From Bacteroidales bacterium (GTDB taxonomy: Bacteria; Bacteroidota; Bacteroidia; Bacteroidales; WCHB1-69): 64,000 nt of DNA. The stretch lies in contig JBGURX010000052.1 of the NCBI GenBank assembly GCA_045132235.1, forward strand, positions 17,514 to 81,513. The letters are read 5' to 3'. Under the pieces are notes generated by a model. That model saw only the letters and a program-made list of their open reading frames with translations, had not been told where the DNA came from and made no database searches. This document shows positions 23,859 to 31,707 of the stretch, piece after piece. How positions within the stretch are numbered: the stretch's first letter is position 1; every line of letters begins with the position of its first letter. Position numbers and translations under genes: made by a program.

Positions 23859-26342
23859 TCATCGTATGACAGTCAGGGTGCTGTGGTACTCCACCGCCCG
23901 CACGAACCCTACATAGTGGAAGGTGTAGAAATACACCCCGTCGGAGTTGTGCTCTGCTGCGAAGCCGGTCTCTGCATTGTAGAGCACGCCGTCCTTGATG
24001 TAGGTGCGGTAGTTGGTCATCTCATACACTTTTTGTCCCCAGCGGTCGTAGATGGTCAGCACGTTGTCTAATTCCGGGTTCAGGTTTTTGATGGCGAACA
24101 CGTCGTTCACTCCGTCGCCGTTGGGGGTGATGACGTTGGGAAACTCGAGGTCGGCATCTACATACACATTGTGCGAAATCACACTCTCGCAGCCGTTGGA
24201 GCTTGTCAGCGTGAGGGTTACCAAGAACTCGCCCCATGTCTCGTAGGTGTGCGACATCTCCATCTCTGCGCTGCTCTCGCTGCTCCCGTCACCGAAATCC
24301 CACTGCCACAGGAAGCTCTCGCCCGGATAGGTATCCGACAGGTCGGTGAGGTTGATGAACTGCACAGGGTCGCCATCCGACAGCATGATGCGTTCGGGGT
24401 TCGACACGAAGTCGGGTTGCGGCTTGCTGTACACTACGATGTGGAGGGTGACGGTGCTGTCGCAGCCATACATGTTCTGCAAATTCTGCACATAGTCGAA
24501 GTCGCCGGCATGAATATTCTCGTCGGCGGCAAGGTTGAAGTTGTGCTGCTGGTAGGTGTCGAATTGGCAGATGGTGTCGTGGAAGATGGTTTCGTTAGTA
24601 GGCAAAATGTTGATTGTCAGCGTGAAGGCGCTGTCGCAGCCACTGCTGCTTACTCCCTCGAAGGACATCGTGTGTTCACCCAGCTCCATCGTGTCGGCAT
24701 CAAACAGGAAATTATATTGGTTGTAAATGCTGTTTTTACAGACATTATCGGTAACATAGAGGTCGTACACAGGGTTGACGGTGAGGTTGAGGTTTTCGGT
24801 GCTGTCGCAGCCATATTGGTTGGTGAAGATGTGTTGGGCTTGGTTCAGCCCCACGGTCAGCTCGCTGGCCGCCAGCTGGAAGTCGAAACCGCTGAAGTCT
24901 TCTCCCTCGCAGATGGCGGTGTCGTGGGTGAAGATTTCGCTGGGAAGCACGGTAAGGTAGAGGGTGACCACGCTATCGCATTGGTTGATAGATGGATAGG
25001 TGTTTTGAAGTGTCTGTGTGCCAGTGGTATAGGTTTGCGACGATGCCACGTTGAATCCGTAGCCTGAGTAGGGTTCTCTTTGGCATACAGTATCATAGAA
25101 GTAGTGGGCGTATTCGGGGTTGACGGTGATGGTGAAGTGGGCGGTGGCATGGCAGCCGTTGGTGTCGGTAAAGGTGTAGGACATCGGGTAAACGGCGGCG
25201 GAGTCGTGGAAGAAGAAGGTATGGTTGGCATCCACCCAGCCGCCTTCATACACGCCGCCGGCGGGAAGCCCTGACAGCACGACCGACGAGTCGCTGAGGC
25301 AGTGCACGTAGTCGGGATGCGAAACGGGCGGTTCGTAGTCCACAATGGTGACTTCTCCCACGGCGGTGAGGCTGTCGGCATCGGTCACGGTCACGTAGTA
25401 GGTGCCGGCACAGAGGCCGAAAGCTGTGTCGGTGATCTGCTGCGAGTCGTCGCTCCACTGGTAGGTGTAGGGCGGGGTGCCGCCGGAAGGAGTGGCCACG
25501 GCGATGGCGGCACAGAAGATAACGGGCGGGTCAATACAGACATCGTTGCAGGTGGCGTAGGTGGGGGCTCCGCTGGTGCTCTGCCAGTTGCCGCCGTCGG
25601 GAATGCGGCGGAAGGAACTTCCGAGATAGTTCTGCGGATTCAGTGAGGTGATGTAGGTCTTGCGGTTGGCGGGAATCTGGTCGTAGGAGGGGAGGGTGCC
25701 CGAAAAACCGCATTCGTTGGTGACCGGTGTGCAGGGGTAACACGACATGCAGCTGTTGCTCTGGCTGCACCAGCTGATGGCATCCTGCGGCACGCCGTTG
25801 GCATCGTAGAAGGCGAACCAGCCGCCGGCATTGGGAAACCACAGGCGGCCGCCGCCGGCATCGAAGCAGTAGCGGTCGTCAATCACCACCTCCACCACAT
25901 TGCCGCCGTTCTGCACCAGCAGACTGTCGGGTACGGCGGCGGCCCGGTAACCGCGCACCATGCAGAATCCCTGTGGCGGCACCACTGTGCCTGGCGGCAA
26001 CGCAAAACCTCCGCCCCAGTTGCCCGACTGGTTGGTGTTGTCGTAGGCATTATTGCCCAGAAAATAGCAGGAAATGTCCACCGAGTCGCACTTGTGCGGA
26101 TTGTACAACTCAATCCACTCGCCGCCGCCGGTGGTGTGGTATGAACTGCCCACCATCGAGCCGTCGTACTGCGACGGCGACAGCATCACTTCGTTGATGA
26201 GAATCGTGGGACCGTTGTAGTAGCACCCCTGTCCGATGCAGTCGGTGTTGACCGTGCCCGTCACCGAAACGGTGAGTGGCGACTGCGCATACGCCATCAC
26301 TCCAGCCAATAGTGCAAACAACAATATGACAGCGCGTTTCAT
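23859..26342 (-). CDS. T9SS type-B sorting-domain protein with lamin-tail domain, SprB-type repeat, 4 Cys-bracketed repeats and PKD, 827 aa
   Basis: Has a signal peptide. LTD-like region: ILINEVMLSP...GEWIELYNPHKCDSVDISCYFLGN. SprB-like unit: GGTPPYTYQWSDD...CAGTYYVTVTDADS. PKD: WDFGDGSSES. C-terminus: FPNVITPNGDGVNDVFAIKNL...TIYDRWGQKVY...DGVYFYTFHY...STLTVIR. Confidence 0.85.
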   Translation of the reverse strand: MKRAVILLFALLAGVMAYAQSPLTVSVTGTVNTDCIGQGCYYNGPTILINEVMLSPSQYDGSMVGSSYHTTGGGEWIELYNPHKCDSVDISCYFLGNNAYDNTNQSGNWGGGFALPPGTVVPPQGFCMVRGYRAAAVPDSLLVQNGGNVVEVVIDDRYCFDAGGGRLWFPNAGGWFAFYDANGVPQDAISWCSQSNSCMSCYPCTPVTNECGFSGTLPSYDQIPANRKTYITSLNPQNYLGSSFRRIPDGGNWQSTSGAPTYATCNDVCIDPPVIFCAAIAVATPSGGTPPYTYQWSDDSQQITDTAFGLCAGTYYVTVTDADSLTAVGEVTIVDYEPPVSHPDYVHCLSDSSVVLSGLPAGGVYEGGWVDANHTFFFHDSAAVYPMSYTFTDTNGCHATAHFTITVNPEYAHYFYDTVCQREPYSGYGFNVASSQTYTTGTQTLQNTYPSINQCDSVVTLYLTVLPSEIFTHDTAICEGEDFSGFDFQLAASELTVGLNQAQHIFTNQYGCDSTENLNLTVNPVYDLYVTDNVCKNSIYNQYNFLFDADTMELGEHTMSFEGVSSSGCDSAFTLTINILPTNETIFHDTICQFDTYQQHNFNLAADENIHAGDFDYVQNLQNMYGCDSTVTLHIVVYSKPQPDFVSNPERIMLSDGDPVQFINLTDLSDTYPGESFLWQWDFGDGSSESSAEMEMSHTYETWGEFLVTLTLTSSNGCESVISHNVYVDADLEFPNVITPNGDGVNDVFAIKNLNPELDNVLTIYDRWGQKVYEMTNYRTYIKDGVLYNAETGFAAEHNSDGVYFYTFHYVGFVRAVEYHSTLTVIR
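24423..25109 (-). repeat. Intragenic array of four ~57-aa Cys-bracketed repeats (aa 412-640)
   Basis: The four units: DTVCQREPYSGYGFNV...NQCDSVVTLYLTVLP / DTAICEGEDFSGFDFQL...YGCDSTENLNLTVNP / DNVCKNSIYNQYNFLF...SGCDSAFTLTINILP / DTICQFDTYQQHNFNL...YGCDSTVTLHIVVYS. Confidence 0.85.
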
Positions 26343-26374
26343 GATGGGGATTTTTGTCAGGGATTTTGATTCTG

Positions 26375-26382
26375 CAAAACTA
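26375..26382 (-). promoter_or_regulatory. -7 promoter box (TAGTTTTG on the minus strand) for the 827-aa cargo gene
   Basis: The plus strand reads CAAAACTA, 33 nt upstream of the ATG at 26342. Confidence 0.5.
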
Positions 26383-26438
26383 CTGAAAATTTTTATTAGT
26401 TTGCAGAAAGAAATAAAAAAATCAAAAAAAATCTGAAC

Positions 26439-27749
26439 CTACATCTTCAGCCAGCGCATCAGCTCGCGCCATGTGATTTTTTTGCCATAGGTAAGCAAAC
26501 CGATGCGGTAAATCTTGGAGGCAAACCCCACACAGAGGAAAAAGGTCAGCAGCAACAGACCGCCCGACAGTAGCAGCTCCCACAACGGCACTCCCGACGG
26601 GATGCGGTACAGCATGGTGATGGGTGCCGTGAACGGGATGAACGACAGCCAACGGATGAGCTCGTGCTGCGGCGAAATGCCGCTGGCAATCACAATCAGC
26701 GAGGCGATGAGCGGAATGCTGATGGGAAGTATCAACTGGTTGGAGTCGGTCTCGTTGTCGGTGGCCGAACCCACGCCCGCAAAAAGCGAAGCGTACATCA
26801 GGTAGCCGATGATGAAGTAGAACAGGAAGCAGATGATGAGCGTGCTGAAGGGGAAGGAGTAAAAAGCTGATATGTTGGTGAATACATTGCTGTCGGTGGC
26901 TACGGTGGCGCCTGCAAACCCGCCTCCGTTCTGCGACAGCAGCTCAGCGGTGGTATTGTCGGCGAACACCTGCGGCGCAATGCTCCCCGCGGCAGACAAG
27001 ATGATGACAATCAGCGTGATCTGCGCCACAAACTGCGTCAGTCCGGTCAAGGCCACCCCCACAATCTTGCCCATCATGAACTGGAAGGGCTTCACCGAAG
27101 AGACAAGCACCTCGATGATGCGGTTGGACTTCTCCTCTATCACGCTGCGCATCACTTGGTTGGCATAGGTGAAGACGAAAAAGTAAATCAGCACTCCGCA
27201 GATGATGCCCACAAAGCGGTTCATCTCCACCATCTTCTCTTCCGCCCGCCCGTCTTTGTCAATCTGCAAGGTCTGTATGTCGCTGTGGGAGTTCTCTTTG
27301 ATGGTTTTGTACCGCTGCACGTCCACATTGAACTCCTGCTGCAGGGCACGGTCGAACATCACCTCGTCCATCTGCTCGGAAATACCGCTTTTCAGACTCA
27401 GCGGCGGGTCTTTGTAAAAGAAGAGGTTGGCACGGTTCGACTGCGAGCCGCCAAGGATGTGCAGCACCGCATCGCACTCACCGTTCACACACCGCTGTTT
27501 CAGCCCCCCCAGCTCACCGCTCGGATATTCGAACTTGATTTTGGCGGTGTTGTGGAATTTGTGGATGAAATAGCTGTTGTCGTCCAGCACATACACCGTG
27601 CAGGTCTTGTCGGTGTGGTTGGAAAGGTACACCGGCAGCAGAATCAGCACGACCATGATGACAGGCATGAGCAGCGTGGTGATGATGAACGATTTCTTTT
27701 TGATTCGGGTGAGAAATTCGCGGGAGATGATGACCAGTATTTTGTTCAT
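26439..27749 (-). CDS. ABC-2 family transporter permease (NatB-like, 436 aa)
   Basis: Has an N-terminal TM segment, a large extracytoplasmic loop and a cluster of about 5 C-terminal TM helices. It lies 6 nt downstream of an ABC ATPase. Confidence 0.75.
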   Translation of the reverse strand: MNKILVIISREFLTRIKKKSFIITTLLMPVIMVVLILLPVYLSNHTDKTCTVYVLDDNSYFIHKFHNTAKIKFEYPSGELGGLKQRCVNGECDAVLHILGGSQSNRANLFFYKDPPLSLKSGISEQMDEVMFDRALQQEFNVDVQRYKTIKENSHSDIQTLQIDKDGRAEEKMVEMNRFVGIICGVLIYFFVFTYANQVMRSVIEEKSNRIIEVLVSSVKPFQFMMGKIVGVALTGLTQFVAQITLIVIILSAAGSIAPQVFADNTTAELLSQNGGGFAGATVATDSNVFTNISAFYSFPFSTLIICFLFYFIIGYLMYASLFAGVGSATDNETDSNQLILPISIPLIASLIVIASGISPQHELIRWLSFIPFTAPITMLYRIPSGVPLWELLLSGGLLLLTFFLCVGFASKIYRIGLLTYGKKITWRELMRWLKM

Positions 27750-27755
27750 GTCCGA

Positions 27756-28676
27756 CTAATGGTTTTCGTTTTGTGCTTGGATGGTGCGGATGAAGATGTC
27801 GTTCATGGAGGGCAGCACTTCGCCGAAGCTGAGGATGGACTGGCAGGAGATGAAGTGTTGGAGAAGGTCGTTGGCGTGATGGCTGTCGTCCAGTTGCAGC
27901 TGCAGGGTAGTGGTCTGGCTGTCGGTGCTGCGGTCAATGAGCTGCATCCATTCGGGCAGGCTGCCCACCTCGGGCTGCCCCTCGAAGGTGATGTGGAAAC
28001 GGTTCTGCCGGAAGGTGCGGCGCACCTCGTTCACAGCCCCCTTAATGATGACTTTTCCTTTGTTGATGAGGGCGATGTCATCGCAGATCTCTTCCACCGA
28101 TGCCATGTTGTGGGTGGAGAGGATGATGGTGGCGCCATTTTCTTTCAATTCAAGGATTTCCGATTTCAGCTGCTCCGCGTTGATGGGGTCGAAGCCGGAG
28201 AAGGGCTCGTCGAAGATGAGGAAGTCGGGGTTGTGCACCACGGTCACGATGAACTGCACCTTCTGCTGCATGCCTTTCGATAGGTCCTCCACGCGCCGGT
28301 TCCACCAGCTTTCGATGCCGAGTTTGTGAAACCAGTACTGCAGCGACTCGGTGGCGTCGCGCTTTGACATGCCGCGCAGACGGGCCATGTAGATAGCCTG
28401 TTCCGACACCTTCATCTTCTTGTACAGCCCGCGCTCTTCGGGCAGGTAGCCGATGTTGGAGACATCGGCGGGGGTCAGCTCGTGCCCGAGAAAACGGATG
28501 ACACCGCTGTCGGGCGTATTGATGCAGGTCAGCAGGCGGATCAGCGTGGTCTTGCCGGCTCCGTTGGGACCGAGCAGGCCGAAGATGCGCCCCCGGGCGA
28601 TGGAGAGCGACAGGTCGTCCAACGCCTTGTAGTGGCCAAACTTCTTGGTGACGTTTTCTACTTCAATGATGTTCAT
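27756..28676 (-). CDS. ABC transporter ATP-binding protein (ABC-2/NatA-like, with C-terminal accessory domain)
   Basis: Walker A GPNGAGKTT, signature LSKGMQQK, Walker B FLIFDEPFSGFDP and H-loop STHNM. 306 aa. Confidence 0.9.
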   Translation of the reverse strand: MNIIEVENVTKKFGHYKALDDLSLSIARGRIFGLLGPNGAGKTTLIRLLTCINTPDSGVIRFLGHELTPADVSNIGYLPEERGLYKKMKVSEQAIYMARLRGMSKRDATESLQYWFHKLGIESWWNRRVEDLSKGMQQKVQFIVTVVHNPDFLIFDEPFSGFDPINAEQLKSEILELKENGATIILSTHNMASVEEICDDIALINKGKVIIKGAVNEVRRTFRQNRFHITFEGQPEVGSLPEWMQLIDRSTDSQTTTLQLQLDDSHHANDLLQHFISCQSILSFGEVLPSMNDIFIRTIQAQNENH

Positions 28677-29377
28677 AAGCTCTCGGTGGCCGTGTTCTTG
28701 CGCTTTTTCTTGCGTTTTTTCTTTTTTTTCGCCGTCAGCGGAGTGTTTGTGGCCGGCAATTCAGTGATGGTGTTGAAGACAAAGTCCTTGGGGAGTGTCA
28801 GCTTGCCGCCCGACAGTTCGTACAGCTGGCTGATGATGGTGGAGTCCTCCACCGTGTCGCGGTTCCACGTCAGGTAGAGTTTCTTCATCTGGTTGGCGAT
28901 GTCCTTAGTGAGCTGCACTTTCTCGGGGCCGTCAGGATACTCACTCACGGTCTGTATCATCTGGTCCAGATAGCGGCCGTACGAACGCACCCGTATGCCG
29001 GTCTTCTGATATTCGCTCTTGGGGGAAATGCGCACTTTCTCCTCCTCCTTTTCGGGTTTGGCGAAGGGCGAGTCAATGTCAAGTTGGTAGTTGGAGATGA
29101 TGATCAGGTGGTCCCACAGCTTCTGCCAGTAGTCGAGCGACTCTTTCTGTTTCTGCAGCTGCGGGTCGGGCTGGGCGTTGTTGTTGGTGGGCTGTGCAGT
29201 GGCCGTGCCGGCGGCGAGCGACGGCGAGATCATCGACATGGCCTTGATGATGGCCTTGGCAGCCTCGTTGCGCTTTTGCCGGTCTTCAATGGCGACGGCC
29301 TGCTCGATCATCTTTTGGATATTTCGGCCGTATTCTCTGATTTCTAATTTGTTACGAGCAGTATTGTATTCAGGCAT
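28673..29377 (-). CDS. DUF4290-family protein with a Lys-rich C-terminal tail
   Basis: The N-terminus MPEYNTARNKLEIREYGRNIQKMIEQA matches my memory of the conserved DUF4290 start (YNT-x-R-x-L-x-x-EYGRNIQKM). The tail is TAKKKKKRKKKRKN. Its stop overlaps the ABC ATPase start (ATGA). Confidence 0.7.
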   Translation of the reverse strand: MPEYNTARNKLEIREYGRNIQKMIEQAVAIEDRQKRNEAAKAIIKAMSMISPSLAAGTATAQPTNNNAQPDPQLQKQKESLDYWQKLWDHLIIISNYQLDIDSPFAKPEKEEEKVRISPKSEYQKTGIRVRSYGRYLDQMIQTVSEYPDGPEKVQLTKDIANQMKKLYLTWNRDTVEDSTIISQLYELSGGKLTLPKDFVFNTITELPATNTPLTAKKKKKRKKKRKNTATESL

Positions 29378-29397
29378 GTTAGAAAAACATTTGGGTG

Positions 29398-29405
29398 CAA
29401 AGATA
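29398..29405 (-). promoter_or_regulatory. -7 promoter box (TATCTTTG on the minus strand) for the DUF4290/ABC unit
   Basis: The plus strand reads CAAAGATA, 21 nt upstream of the ATG at 29377. Confidence 0.5.
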
Positions 29406-29439
29406 CTATTAAATTCGGAACTGACAGGCGGTTTGTAAA

Positions 29440-30462
29440 TTATTCCGCTTTACCATCTCCCTGACGCACGTCCACAATGGGCACGTCGATTCCTTCGGCA
29501 AGTGCATCGCGCAGCTTGTCGGAGTGGAGGGTATAGCCGCTTGGCGACCACGGGTTGATGCTGATGGCCAAGAGTTTGGGTTTGCACAGCACGCTCATCC
29601 GGCCGCCTTTTTGCAGGTAGGCACGTACCGCCTGCGGGGTGGCGAATACTCTTGTAAAATCTTTGATAATCAATTCTGTATGACTGATTTCGGGCTGCAT
29701 CCGCAGAATGTCAAGCAGCTTGTCGCTCACCGCGCCGCTCACGAAGACACGTCCGCCGTGCCGGTAGAGCTTCTCTTTCTGCTGCTGGAGCAACAGCGCG
29801 GAGGGGATGTCCAGATCCACGGGCTCTCCCTCTTCGGGCACGGCCCAGATACCCTGATCGATGCGGTTGAGCTGTGCGGTGCAGGAGATGTCGGCGACGG
29901 GCAGCTGCAGCAGGTCATAGACGAAGCGGGTCTGGCGCACCAGCTCCTGCAGGTTGGTGGACAGCGCTGCGCCGGTGGCCATGATCATGGCATCGGTGAT
30001 GGCCGGCGAGGCGAGGCTCTTGCGCGACAAGGCGCCATCTACCAGCACGGTGCGTGCGCCGAGGGTTTGCAGCTCCTCGATGACATCCCGCAGCAGTCCC
30101 GTGGTCACCGGGCCGGAGAGGATGACCTTGCCGGTGGTGACAGCCCGCGCGGTCACCAAGCGGCCGAGGGCGGTCTGCCAGGCCGACAACCCTTCTACCT
30201 CGGCGGTGAGCCGGCGTGTGTGATAGAACTTCTCGGAAGTGGAGAAGAGTGTGCCGGCGGTCAGCGTGATCTCCGGCTTGGCGGTGCGGGTCACCTGGTC
30301 GCAGCTCTCCCCGTCAATGCCGATGGAAGTCACGCCGACAGGATGCCCGATGCGGCTGCAGCCCCGCAGCACGTAGTTCAGGCACTCCGTCTTGCCCGTG
30401 TTCTTCTCCATACCGACCACGGCAACGGATTTGTATCGGCTAACTTCTTCTATCAGAGACAT
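29440..30462 (-). CDS. Uncharacterised protein with a deviant Walker A (G-x5-GKT) near the N-terminus, 340 aa
   Basis: VAVVGMEKNTGKTECLNYVL has the spacing seen in BioD/CobQ/MinD-type (SIMIBI) P-loops. I did not recognise the rest of the protein. The codon usage is coherent and GC-rich, and the gene has its own -7 box. Confidence 0.5.
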   Translation of the reverse strand: MSLIEEVSRYKSVAVVGMEKNTGKTECLNYVLRGCSRIGHPVGVTSIGIDGESCDQVTRTAKPEITLTAGTLFSTSEKFYHTRRLTAEVEGLSAWQTALGRLVTARAVTTGKVILSGPVTTGLLRDVIEELQTLGARTVLVDGALSRKSLASPAITDAMIMATGAALSTNLQELVRQTRFVYDLLQLPVADISCTAQLNRIDQGIWAVPEEGEPVDLDIPSALLLQQQKEKLYRHGGRVFVSGAVSDKLLDILRMQPEISHTELIIKDFTRVFATPQAVRAYLQKGGRMSVLCKPKLLAISINPWSPSGYTLHSDKLRDALAEGIDVPIVDVRQGDGKAE

Positions 30463-30485
30463 ATCTACGCTTGTTCTTCAGCGTG

Positions 30486-30493
30486 CAAAGATA
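30486..30493 (-). promoter_or_regulatory. -7 promoter box (TATCTTTG on the minus strand) for the 340-aa P-loop gene
   Basis: The plus strand reads CAAAGATA, 24 nt upstream of the ATG at 30462. Confidence 0.5.
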
Positions 30494-30531
30494 GGATTTT
30501 TTTGGCGATTATCGACTTCTTTTTTCTAATG

Positions 30532-30558
30532 TAAAAAAAAGGCCGCTTGAAGGCGGCC
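30532..30558 (-). terminator. Rho-independent terminator after mreB
   Basis: On the minus strand: GGCCGC-CTTCAA-GCGGCC followed by TTTTTTTTT, 24 nt after the mreB stop. Confidence 0.8.
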
Positions 30559-30581
30559 GGTCAATATCGAAAAGGGTGATT

Positions 30582-31607
30582 TTATTTCATCAGGAAGGGG
30601 AACTTGTCGATGTTCTTGAGGGCGATACCCGTGCCGCGGGCGACAGCCTTCAAGGGGTTCTCCGCAATGTGTACCGGCAAGTGCGTCATCTGCGAGATGC
30701 GCTTGTCGAGACCGCGGAGCAACGCGCCACCACCGGCAATGTAGATACCGTTCTTGTAGATATCCACGCACGATTCAGGCGGAGTGCTCTCCAGCGTGCT
30801 CTTGATGGCACTCTCGATTTCCGAGATGGAGTGGTCGAGTGCCTGCGCGATTTCGCGGTAGTTGACCTTCACCGAGATGGGAAGTCCCTGCACGAGGTCA
30901 CGGCCCTGCACCTCATAATCTTCCGGCGGATCTTCAAGGTCCTCGATGGCCGAACCGACTTTGATCTTGATACGCTCGGCAGTGGGCTCTCCGATGGAGA
31001 GGTTGTGCTTGCGGCGCATGTAGTCGATGATGTTGTCGTTGAACTCGTCGCCGGCAATCTTGCTGGAACGGCAGGTCACGATACCACCCAACGCGATGAC
31101 GGCCACCTCACTGGTACCGCCGCCGATGTCGATGATCATGTTGCCGTTGTCGCTCAGCACGTCCAAGCCGATACCGATGGCAGCAGCCATGGGTTCGTGG
31201 ATCAGACGCACCTCCTTGGCACCTGCCTGCTCGGCAGAGTCGCGCACGGCACGCTTCTCCACCTCGGTGATGCCGGAGGGGATGCAGATGACCATCTTCA
31301 ACGCCGGCGGGAAGAGATGACCTTTGGTGCCGGTCATCTTGATGAACTCCTTGAGCATCATCTCCGTGGCCTGGAAGTTGGCGATTACACCGTCTTTCAA
31401 CGGACGGATGGTTTGAATCTCTTCGTGGGTCTTGCCGTGCATCATCTGGGCCTTCTTGCCCACCGCCTTCACCTGCTTGGTGTTTTTGTCGATGGCAATG
31501 ATGGAAGGCTCGTCAACCACCAGCTGGTCGTTGAGGAGGATGATGGTGTTGGCAGTCCCTAAATCAATTGCGATTTCTTTTGTAAATAAAGAAGATAAAC
31601 GGCGCAT
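30582..31607 (-). CDS. mreB: Rod shape-determining protein MreB
   Basis: 341 aa. Actin-fold motifs: IAIDLGTANT, MIIDIGGGTSEVAVI and GIYIAGGGALLRGLD. Confidence 0.95.
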   Translation of the reverse strand: MRRLSSLFTKEIAIDLGTANTIILLNDQLVVDEPSIIAIDKNTKQVKAVGKKAQMMHGKTHEEIQTIRPLKDGVIANFQATEMMLKEFIKMTGTKGHLFPPALKMVICIPSGITEVEKRAVRDSAEQAGAKEVRLIHEPMAAAIGIGLDVLSDNGNMIIDIGGGTSEVAVIALGGIVTCRSSKIAGDEFNDNIIDYMRRKHNLSIGEPTAERIKIKVGSAIEDLEDPPEDYEVQGRDLVQGLPISVKVNYREIAQALDHSISEIESAIKSTLESTPPESCVDIYKNGIYIAGGGALLRGLDKRISQMTHLPVHIAENPLKAVARGTGIALKNIDKFPFLMK

Positions 31608-31627
31608 TGTTGTTAGATTTGAGATTG

Positions 31628-31635
31628 CAAAGGTA
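31628..31635 (-). promoter_or_regulatory. -7 promoter box (TACCTTTG on the minus strand) for mreB
   Basis: The plus strand reads CAAAGGTA, 21 nt upstream of the ATG at 31607. Confidence 0.5.
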
Positions 31636-31707
31636 TATTTTTTATTCCGTATTAATACGGCCGTTTGTCACTTTTGTTTCAATTTTTTTTGAAAATTTTT
31701 CAGTGAA

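Noticed and set aside
23230-24425. Considered the inverted homologous cassettes of the two convergent cargo genes as a diversity-generating retroelement (template/variable repeat pair) or an invertible shufflon
   Set aside because: No reverse transcriptase or recombinase gene is present in the window. The differences are spread over synonymous sites rather than adenine-specific. Inversion between the arms would not create a new coding combination.
31647-31660. Palindrome CCGTATTAATACGG downstream of the adaptor gene, considered as a terminator
   Set aside because: The effective stem is only about 5 bp and no T-run follows on the minus strand, so the support is insufficient.
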